A stretch of DNA of 24,644 bases, from positions 1 to 24,644 of the forward strand of contig JAOUFI010000029.1 in the NCBI GenBank assembly GCA_029858305.1, read 5' to 3'. The notes under the pieces are model-generated. The model did not search any database. It was not told the origin of the DNA and saw nothing but the letters and a program-made list of their open reading frames with translations. Position numbers and translations under genes: made by a program. This stretch comes from Candidatus Thorarchaeota archaeon (lineage in GTDB: Archaea; Asgardarchaeota; Thorarchaeia; Thorarchaeales; Thorarchaeaceae). Each line of letters opens with the position of its first letter. Within the stretch, counting starts at the first letter, position 1. Positions 8,774 to 16,176 of the stretch are shown one piece after another.

Positions 8774-9364
8774 ATGGCGAGTTCCCTGAACGAGATTAAT
8801 AGTGAGGAAATGAGGTCTCTTGTTGAGAGGTATGGTGAACCGAGAAAGAATCGCTTCTCTGCTAGCTTTCTTGACTTTGAGTGCCAATTTGTGAAACAGA
8901 GCCGAAATAAGGGGCGCCTTCACGATGTAACTTGTTTTATTAGAGAACCTACAGGAGATTATGTGGTGATTCAAAAACACCAGTATGCCAATTCTGGAAT
9001 ATATCGCGCACCTTCAGGCGGTGCATCGTTTGGCGAGCCAATTGAGGAAGCCATACATCGCGAGATGAAAGAAGAAACCGGTCTTCAGATTCGCCTTGTC
9101 AGATTTGTTCTCGATCTCACTCTTGACATTGAATGTGAAGAGGAAACGATTTTGTGGAGATCTCTTGTTTTCTTAGCCGAACCAGTCGCAGGCGAGATGA
9201 AACCTATCGATACCCATGAAATATTTAATGTTGGCGTGATGAGCCGAGAGCAGCTCCTCGGCGAGGTAGACAGATTGATGGTTGAGTCTGGCTGGGGTGG
9301 TTTTGCTTACAGGGCTTTTCTGACTCGCGAGTTTTTCAAGAGTCTTGATGAACTTAATATCTAA
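8774..9364 (+). CDS. Nudix hydrolase
   Basis: Complete Nudix box G-x5-E-x7-REMKEETGL. ATG 8774 is preferred over GTG 8711; the exact start is uncertain. Confidence 0.9.
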   Translation: MASSLNEINSEEMRSLVERYGEPRKNRFSASFLDFECQFVKQSRNKGRLHDVTCFIREPTGDYVVIQKHQYANSGIYRAPSGGASFGEPIEEAIHREMKEETGLQIRLVRFVLDLTLDIECEEETILWRSLVFLAEPVAGEMKPIDTHEIFNVGVMSREQLLGEVDRLMVESGWGGFAYRAFLTREFFKSLDELNI

Positions 9365-9760
9365 CCCAGTGTTACTCGATTCCATATTGTGCAGATGTAT
9401 TGAAAAAATCAGAGCAGAGGAAAACCAGCATGATGAATTTTCCTGGCGATTTCATGACACTTGAAATTTTAATTTCCTAACCCCACGATCCTGCTGCCAT
9501 CTTCTGCTCTTTACTTCGTTATTTCATTTGGAGCGTTCCTATTAATCGGATGTAGTGCACAATGCAACCTCTGCTTTATGCGCTTCCTACCGGAGGTATG
9601 ACCTGTAGGTCAAAAAAGCCATCTTTTTTGTTTAGGCTTCCTCCTCAGAGTAGCACTGTAGGCGGACTGCACATTTCGTAACGAGTTCAAATTGATCAGC
9701 CGTTTTTCAACTTTCAATTTACTCTCAGCAGTTCAACCGTATTCCCATTTGAAGGTTTCA

Positions 9761-9800
9761 AGAGAAAAGAAAGAGAGATGGGTGGGGGATTCCCCCGCCC
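9761..9800 (-). terminator. GC-rich hairpin terminator of the carbamoyltransferase gene
   Basis: Minus strand GGGCGGGGG-AAT-CCCCCACCC (9800-9780, one mismatch), followed by a U/C-rich tract, 10 nt after the stop. Confidence 0.65.
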
Positions 9801-9809
9801 AATTCCAGA

Positions 9810-10856
9810 TTATCGCATTGTCAATGCCATTACAGCTTTCTGTGCGTGGAGTCTATTCTCCGCTTGATCGAAAGCAATAGACTGTGGTCCGTCAATTACA
9901 GAGTTGGAAACCTCAAAGCCACGATCGCACGGAAGACAGTGCATATAGGCTGCTTTTGGTCCTGCGATCTTCATCATATCATCATCACAAATCCAATGTT
10001 TGTTCTTATCGAACACCACCTGTGACTTCTCTAACTCTGGTTTGCTGTTGAACGGTGGAATGTACTGTTTACATGTCCATGCTTTCGGATATACAACATG
10101 CGCACCTTCAAAAGCTTCTTCCATGTCATTTACAATCTCGAAGCTTGATTCATTCTCCTCTGAGAAGACCTTACAATGATCAATGATTTTATCGTCGAGT
10201 TCCATGCCTTTTGGATGAGCTAGAACTGTATCACATCCCATCTTGGTAGCGGCAATGATAGCACTCTGTGGTACTGCTAAGGGCTTGTGAACAGATGGAG
10301 AGTAGGCCCATGACATGACGAATTTGACTCCCTTAAAGGTTCCAAATTTCTCTTTGATTGTCATTATGTCTGCGAGACCCTGGCATGGATGGTAGATATC
10401 GTCTTCCATGTTTATCACTGGAATATGACTCCAATGCGCAAAATTCCGGATGACCTCATTTGCACGACCGTAAATCCAGCCAACAGGGTCTCCATAACAA
10501 CGAATCGCAATGCCATGACCCATTCGTGCGAGAACGCGTGCCACATCTGATACACGTTCTGTGGAATAGGCTTTCTCGTCGCCTTCAAGTGCTGGAGCAT
10601 ATATCTTACCGGGATCCAAGAAATGAGCGTGGCCGCCCAATTGTGTCATTCCAGCCTCGAAAGAGTTGCGAGTGCGTAGACTCTGGTTATAGAAAATCAT
10701 GAACAATGTCTTTGCATCGAGAAGCTTGTGAGGTTCACCTACCGCAAACTTTCGTTTGAGGTCGAGGGCAACCTCTAGGAGGGTTTCTATCTCCTCCTTT
10801 GAATAGTCCAGCAGGGTGATGAAGTCCCTGCCTCGAAAACTTTCTGTTTTAACCAT
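9810..10856 (-). CDS. Carbamoyltransferase of the ATCase/OTCase superfamily, YgeW/N-acetylornithine carbamoyltransferase-like subgroup
   Basis: Carbamoyl-phosphate motif SLRTR, HPCQ, HCLP, AENRLH. WAYSPSVHKPLAVPQS and YPKAW stand where canonical OTCases have DGxNN and DxxxSMG. Confidence 0.9.
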   Translation of the reverse strand: MVKTESFRGRDFITLLDYSKEEIETLLEVALDLKRKFAVGEPHKLLDAKTLFMIFYNQSLRTRNSFEAGMTQLGGHAHFLDPGKIYAPALEGDEKAYSTERVSDVARVLARMGHGIAIRCYGDPVGWIYGRANEVIRNFAHWSHIPVINMEDDIYHPCQGLADIMTIKEKFGTFKGVKFVMSWAYSPSVHKPLAVPQSAIIAATKMGCDTVLAHPKGMELDDKIIDHCKVFSEENESSFEIVNDMEEAFEGAHVVYPKAWTCKQYIPPFNSKPELEKSQVVFDKNKHWICDDDMMKIAGPKAAYMHCLPCDRGFEVSNSVIDGPQSIAFDQAENRLHAQKAVMALTMR

Positions 10857-11107
10857 AGTAGGTCACAACCGCACTAACCACAACGTTAGTTGTAGAAAAA
10901 GATTGCCTACTGGACCAAATAATAAAAACACCCAAATCAACCACAGTGTGAAATTCTTATCTATTACACTCTCTCTAAATCGGCTCTACACACTTCTTCG
11001 CTGTTTTCGAGGTTTTCTATAAAGGACAACTGCAATCCCAGCTTTTCTCCCAATGTTTAAGAGAAGCCATGCATATTAGATTGGAATCTAGATAAGAGGA
11101 GACGTTA

Positions 11108-13714
11108 ATGTTGATGAAGAGAAAAGTCTTGAACTTGGGTCTATCCTTCATAGGGCCAATTGCTTTGATAGTGATACTGACTATGCCAATCGGCCCACTT
11201 GCTGGAGGATTACAAATACTTCAGCCATGGGGTGGTATTTTCGATGTTGGAAAAGGAATCCAGCATGGGGGTAACGAAACTATTGCCCTTCCTGACATGC
11301 TATCAGGTGCTGAAGTAATCGTCGATGAGTGGGGTATTCCTCATATCTATGGCGATACTCTCGAGGATACATTCATGGCCCTAGGATACATGCACGCTCG
11401 TGACCGATTGTTTCAGATGGTGATGCAGACATACCTTGCATCGGGACGGATATGTGAAGTGATTGGAGGAGCTGACTATGCCATTAACTCTGATAAATAT
11501 CAGCGTGCGATAGGTCTAGTAAAGGCTGCAGAGGAAACCTATCAATGGTATGTTGATAATGCAGATACAAATGAAGATGTAGACTACTCCTTGCGAGCGA
11601 CTCTTGCTCATGTCGCTGGGATTAATGCCTTCATCGACACAATGACTAGTGACAACACACCTATTGAATTCAAAATTCTAGGATTCACTCCAAGTCATTG
11701 GACTCCTATTGACTCATTTACGTGGGCAAAGTATATGACATGGTCATTATCAGGAGGTGTGTATGACCTAAGAAGAGAATTCGTTAGAAATCAACTCGGA
11801 AACGATTCATTATATGCTGATATCTTTCCTGAATTCTACCCAAACACGATTCCTATCATTCCTGAACAATACAATCTCAGTCTAATTGATTATGCTGATG
11901 CGCCTGGAGGGTATCCTGCTATGCTAGTTCCCCCTCCAAGTATTCTATCTGAAAATGAACCTATCGCACAGATATCAGAATCAAAATTAAACGAACTTCT
12001 CAATATCGTATCCAGCAACATCAATCTTCTCGGTGATAGTGTATTTGTGGGTAGTAATAGCTGGGCTGTTAACGGAAGTAAGACCGCAACAGGTCAAGCT
12101 ATGTTAGCCAATGATCCACACTTAAGTCTCCAAGCCCCATCTCTTTGGTATGAAGTGCACCTTGTAGTGTTGGATGATGATGAAGCACTAAATGTTCAAG
12201 GAGGCAGTCTACCAGGAACTCCTGGTATCCTGATTGGACATACGGAGCATATTTCATGGGGTATGACGAATGTAGGAGCTGATGTTCTCGATATCTTTGT
12301 TGAAGAGCTAAATCCAACTGATCCAACACAATATCGGTATAACGGCGATTGGGTCGACTTTGAAGTTCGAGAAGAGGTGATTCATGTCAAGGGAAGAGCT
12401 GATATTCACTTCAATGTCAGTTGGTCATTGCATGGTCCATGTATAGACTCCGTAATGAGTACATATACCTCAGACACTGAAACATCTTATCCCAACATAG
12501 CCATGAACTGGACTGGCCTTAGCATAACTCATGAGGTTTTGACGCTTGGAATCCTTAATCGTGCACAAGATATCCAAGACTACTATGATGCAATGTATTG
12601 GTGGGACTCGCCGCCTCACAACTTCATATATGCTGATGATGCGGGAAATATTGCTCTCACTGTTGCTGGTCGATTCCCTATACGCCAGGGGTATTCCGGT
12701 AACTTCCCTGTGACAGCAACAAATGACTCAGTCGGAATGATTAGCAATATCCCATATGCTTTCAATCCGCGCTCTGTAAATCCATCGCAGTGTTTCTTGC
12801 AGTCTGCAAACCAAAAGTCGATTGATCCATCAACCTATGGTTTTACTATCCTAGGTGCTCAAAGCCCAGACTACCGTGGTGAACGAATTCATACTTACTT
12901 AGATGGAAAGACTGGCATCACTGTGAATGACATGATGCAGCTTCAGGCTGATGTCCTTGACTTAACTGCAGAGAAAATGCTTCCCTATGTTCTTGCTGCT
13001 TGGACATCATCAGGTGAAGTGAATACTACAATTCAAACCCTTGTCGATGAATTGACCGGTTGGAATTATGAGATGGAGATTGATATTGCAGCTCCAACTA
13101 TTTGGACCTATCTCCTCGAAGAGATTCGATATGTTCTATTTGATGAAATACGTGATGCGGATCTTCCTGCAACCCTCGCGCAAATTCCTATCGTAGAATG
13201 GGTACTCAGTGCACCAATAGATTACTACATTGATGACCACTCTACGGTCGCAATTGAGTCTATGGATGAAATCCTTGTGCAAGCTATGCATCGCACTGCA
13301 AATAATCTTTATGCACTTGGTGATGATCCGTCAGAGTGGCTATATGGTCACTATCATACTATTTTCATAGATCACCTAGCAGGAATGACCTATATTGGTG
13401 GTGGAGCACATCGAGGAAGCGGCTATACAGTCAATGTTGGTGGAGGATGGACTGTACAACATGGTCCGTCACGGAGAATGGTTGTCAGTTATACAGAAAC
13501 TCCAGAATATTACACGGTGTATCCTGGTGGTCAGAGTCAGGTAATGTTCAGTCAACACTGGGATGATTTGTTTGAGCTCTGGTATGCCTATGATCCCATT
13601 CTAGGTCACTATGGCTATACACTGGAATATAACTATGCAACAGCGATTGCGTTCACCAATGCCAACGATGGAACAATGATCGAATACATCATCTTATTCA
13701 TACCAAGGGGGTAG
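11108..13714 (+). CDS. Penicillin acylase family Ntn hydrolase (peptidase S45), N-terminally membrane-anchored/secreted
   Basis: DEWGIPHIY, ALGYMHARDRLFQM, autoproteolysis site GS|NSW region (GSNSWAVNGSKTATGQAMLANDPHL), PGGQS. N-terminal hydrophobic segment. GAGGAG upstream of the ATG. Confidence 0.95.
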   Translation: MLMKRKVLNLGLSFIGPIALIVILTMPIGPLAGGLQILQPWGGIFDVGKGIQHGGNETIALPDMLSGAEVIVDEWGIPHIYGDTLEDTFMALGYMHARDRLFQMVMQTYLASGRICEVIGGADYAINSDKYQRAIGLVKAAEETYQWYVDNADTNEDVDYSLRATLAHVAGINAFIDTMTSDNTPIEFKILGFTPSHWTPIDSFTWAKYMTWSLSGGVYDLRREFVRNQLGNDSLYADIFPEFYPNTIPIIPEQYNLSLIDYADAPGGYPAMLVPPPSILSENEPIAQISESKLNELLNIVSSNINLLGDSVFVGSNSWAVNGSKTATGQAMLANDPHLSLQAPSLWYEVHLVVLDDDEALNVQGGSLPGTPGILIGHTEHISWGMTNVGADVLDIFVEELNPTDPTQYRYNGDWVDFEVREEVIHVKGRADIHFNVSWSLHGPCIDSVMSTYTSDTETSYPNIAMNWTGLSITHEVLTLGILNRAQDIQDYYDAMYWWDSPPHNFIYADDAGNIALTVAGRFPIRQGYSGNFPVTATNDSVGMISNIPYAFNPRSVNPSQCFLQSANQKSIDPSTYGFTILGAQSPDYRGERIHTYLDGKTGITVNDMMQLQADVLDLTAEKMLPYVLAAWTSSGEVNTTIQTLVDELTGWNYEMEIDIAAPTIWTYLLEEIRYVLFDEIRDADLPATLAQIPIVEWVLSAPIDYYIDDHSTVAIESMDEILVQAMHRTANNLYALGDDPSEWLYGHYHTIFIDHLAGMTYIGGGAHRGSGYTVNVGGGWTVQHGPSRRMVVSYTETPEYYTVYPGGQSQVMFSQHWDDLFELWYAYDPILGHYGYTLEYNYATAIAFTNANDGTMIEYIILFIPRG

Positions 13715-13718
13715 AAGC

Positions 13719-14144
13719 ATGAGAAAATTGAATGTAATATTTCCCGACCTAGGACTCTTCCCGGCCTTTGTGATTACTCTAGTTCTTTCCATTGTGCTTC
13801 AGCTGAGCGGTGCATGGATTACTATGTTTCTTGTTGGAGTACTAAGTTCTATGTTTGTTAGACGACATAGGACTGCTTTTGGAGTAGGTTTCTTTGGTGT
13901 ATTCATAGGGTGGTTGTTTATATTCGTATATCTTATCCTCACAGCACAAGCACTTCCTATTGCAGACTTCTTTATTGGTTTGCTGGGACTTGGAGGATTA
14001 GGCTGGCTTGTCATTGCAATCAGCTCCATTATAGGCGGACTTCTCGGGGGTTTTGGAGGCCTTCTGGGTCGTTCGATAGTGGACCTGGTCGATGAGCTAC
14101 TTCCCAATGAAGCTGGAAAGGAAACGAAAGACAATAATCGATAA
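13719..14144 (+). CDS. Small Gly-rich multi-pass membrane protein, unknown function
   Basis: Starts 4 nt after the acylase stop. About four hydrophobic helices, with GxxxG-like repeats (GGLLGGFGGLLG). Confidence 0.8.
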   Translation: MRKLNVIFPDLGLFPAFVITLVLSIVLQLSGAWITMFLVGVLSSMFVRRHRTAFGVGFFGVFIGWLFIFVYLILTAQALPIADFFIGLLGLGGLGWLVIAISSIIGGLLGGFGGLLGRSIVDLVDELLPNEAGKETKDNNR

Positions 14145-14170
14145 GAGCTATGGGAGGAGAACCATAGCTC
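14145..14170. terminator. Hairpin between convergent genes
   Basis: Perfect 9-bp stem GAGCTATGG (14145-14153) / CCATAGCTC (14162-14170) filling the gap between two stop codons. Confidence 0.6.
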
Positions 14171-14172
14171 TC

Positions 14173-14715
14173 CTATTTTGTTTTTCTGAAGACTGGCATA
14201 CTCAGCAAGCATGCAAGTCCGAGTAGACCTAAGGTGATTAATAGGAAAAGCGGCTGGCTATCATTTGGATGATTGACTGTTCCATCAATTGTCTTCATAT
14301 AGATTGAATTATTGTAATGAACTAAGAACCAGGTGCCATTACTCGGGACTATGAAACTCCATGATAGTTCCATTACATTAGTCTTTGAATAGTCTGAATT
14401 GAAGGTGTTGCTTTCAGAGAACAAAACAAAGTTGGAGTAATTCAATATATGGAACTCAATTCCCTCAAAGATCCAATTATCATACTTTTGCTCATCTCCA
14501 AAGTATAGACTTCCATCACTACTAGACTTGAAGCTTCCCGAGATTGTGTCCTCTTTTTCACAATCGATTGGAATTGCATTCCATGACATTGCATCTAGAA
14601 TGAAATTATACTTATTATTTGAGCCAGAGGGTAAAAACATCCCTGAATACCAAAGACTGATACCTGAAGCGAAAACAATCATAAAGAGCAAGAACAGGTA
14701 TGTTTTCCGAATCAA
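14173..14715 (-). CDS. Membrane-anchored beta-rich protein, GOLD/emp24-gp25L-p24-like (tentative)
   Basis: N-terminal signal/TM; beta-strand core (DTISGSF...IEFHIL...SWSFIVPSNGTWFLVHYN...KTI); C-terminal TM; short basic tail. TTG start with GAGGT upstream. Confidence 0.7.
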   Translation of the reverse strand: MIRKTYLFLLFMIVFASGISLWYSGMFLPSGSNNKYNFILDAMSWNAIPIDCEKEDTISGSFKSSSDGSLYFGDEQKYDNWIFEGIEFHILNYSNFVLFSESNTFNSDYSKTNVMELSWSFIVPSNGTWFLVHYNNSIYMKTIDGTVNHPNDSQPLFLLITLGLLGLACLLSMPVFRKTK

Positions 14716-14918
14716 AACATCAGACCTCTAGCTGTTGTTGTATTGAGTCCTTATTGACTCTTTATACTTACCCACCTATCAGCTATTATCCCCTTTATCA
14801 TAAAAATCTCAGGAAGCTTCCCAACCATCTGGAATGCAAGTTTCGATATTATTCTCTAAATAAACAATGAAATGGTGTATTTGTGTTTACGTTCCCTAGT
14901 TAGGATTTTTAAAACTCA

Positions 14919-15830
14919 TTAGACAGGTAGTTCCCCTTCATCCATGGTTGTGAATGCTCTAAACAAAAATAACATCGACAGCCCGATGAAGAAGAGAATC
15001 GCGACAAATGATCCCATGAAGATTGTTCCTGTAAATGGATTAAAAGTAGGAATGTCGTATTGCCAGCGAGTAAAATCTGACAACACTGCTATGATGTTCA
15101 GAGTAATTGCCATTCCTACATATGAAAGAAGAAATCCAGCGAAATATGCACCTCTAATGAGCCAGATGCGTCTTTTCATTGTTTTTTTCTCCTGTAAGGA
15201 CAAAACCTCCAGTCTTGCTCCTTGTTTTTGAGTTTGCTCTTCGATACCATTGTTCTGAGCTACTCCAGCTGTTGCACTCCTTATTAGTCGTGCATCATAT
15301 CGATCATCAAGTCTACTGCTTACAAATCCCGTTGCGCTACGCCAAGTCAAATCCTGTTGACGCCTAAAGAGATTATTTATGAGATATAGACTGCCACAGA
15401 ATGCGAAGAGTCCCACCCAAAGGGGTGGCTGGACAGTTAGAACTACTGGGATGTAGTAGAAGGTGACATTGTACGCAACCATTGCTATTCGAAGAGAGAT
15501 TATCAAGGTCAACCAAAATGTATCAGGTCCACTTGGATGATTCCGTGTGTGAAGGTAATAGGAGCCTGCAAGCATGCAGAAGAAAGTAAATCCCATTATA
15601 TTGATAATAGCCCAAAGAGGCCACAAGCCACTTGCTATAAACCATCTTGTTACGGGATTGAATTCAACATCGGGACCAAACTGACTAGTCATTGCCACGG
15701 TGTAGACTGTATCTACTATCCCTACTGGTATCAACATGAGGACAAGACCTCTTACCCAGCGTACTTCCCACCAAAGTGATGCCATTTTTCCGGGCGAGAT
15801 GGTGTTTATTTCTCTCATATTGATAACCAC
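14919..15830 (-). CDS. Multi-pass membrane protein with a DUF5658-like N-terminal domain
   Basis: DTVYT...G...EFNP motif, about 6 hydrophobic segments, and a polar linker before the last two helices. Start GTG 15830 or ATG 15818. Confidence 0.7.
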   Translation of the reverse strand: MVINMREINTISPGKMASLWWEVRWVRGLVLMLIPVGIVDTVYTVAMTSQFGPDVEFNPVTRWFIASGLWPLWAIINIMGFTFFCMLAGSYYLHTRNHPSGPDTFWLTLIISLRIAMVAYNVTFYYIPVVLTVQPPLWVGLFAFCGSLYLINNLFRRQQDLTWRSATGFVSSRLDDRYDARLIRSATAGVAQNNGIEEQTQKQGARLEVLSLQEKKTMKRRIWLIRGAYFAGFLLSYVGMAITLNIIAVLSDFTRWQYDIPTFNPFTGTIFMGSFVAILFFIGLSMLFLFRAFTTMDEGELPV

Positions 15831-16105
15831 ATTTTGACAGGTTTCAATTGGTTCTCAATATAATGCTGTGTATCTAAGTAAATAATTGTGATGACAAAGG
15901 CACTTGTAAATGAGAATAGAGAAGGAGATGCCTTTTTTTATGGGACATTAGTTATCGTGTAATTGTGGGAAGGTCAATATTCAGTTTCTATCTTTGAATA
16001 TCGACATATGGGGATTCATCTTAGAGTGCAAGTAGCGCTCGATTTAGATTCTCTTGAATTCTTTTCCTCAAAATGAAATGAAGTCAGAGTTCACAAAAGA
16101 AGAGT

Positions 16106-16144
16106 AAAAAAAAGAAAAGGATTGCAGAGGGACGAACCCTCTGC
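16106..16144 (-). terminator. Intrinsic-type terminator of the solute-binding protein gene
   Basis: Minus strand GCAGAGGG-TTCGT-CCCTCTGC (16144-16124), followed by AATCCTTTTCTTTTTTTT. Confidence 0.8.
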
Positions 16145-16176
16145 TTTTCCTACAATTCACTATTCATGAGTGTGGA

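Noticed and set aside
9411-9540. Lysine riboswitch or RNase P RNA (AGAGG..CTGCCA..GGAGCG; GAGGAAA)
   Set aside because: Other conserved elements are missing, the region is AT-rich, and no same-strand gene lies downstream.
13799-14212. 137-aa Pro-rich minus-strand ORF
   Set aside because: Antisense mirror of the Gly-rich codons of the membrane protein gene.
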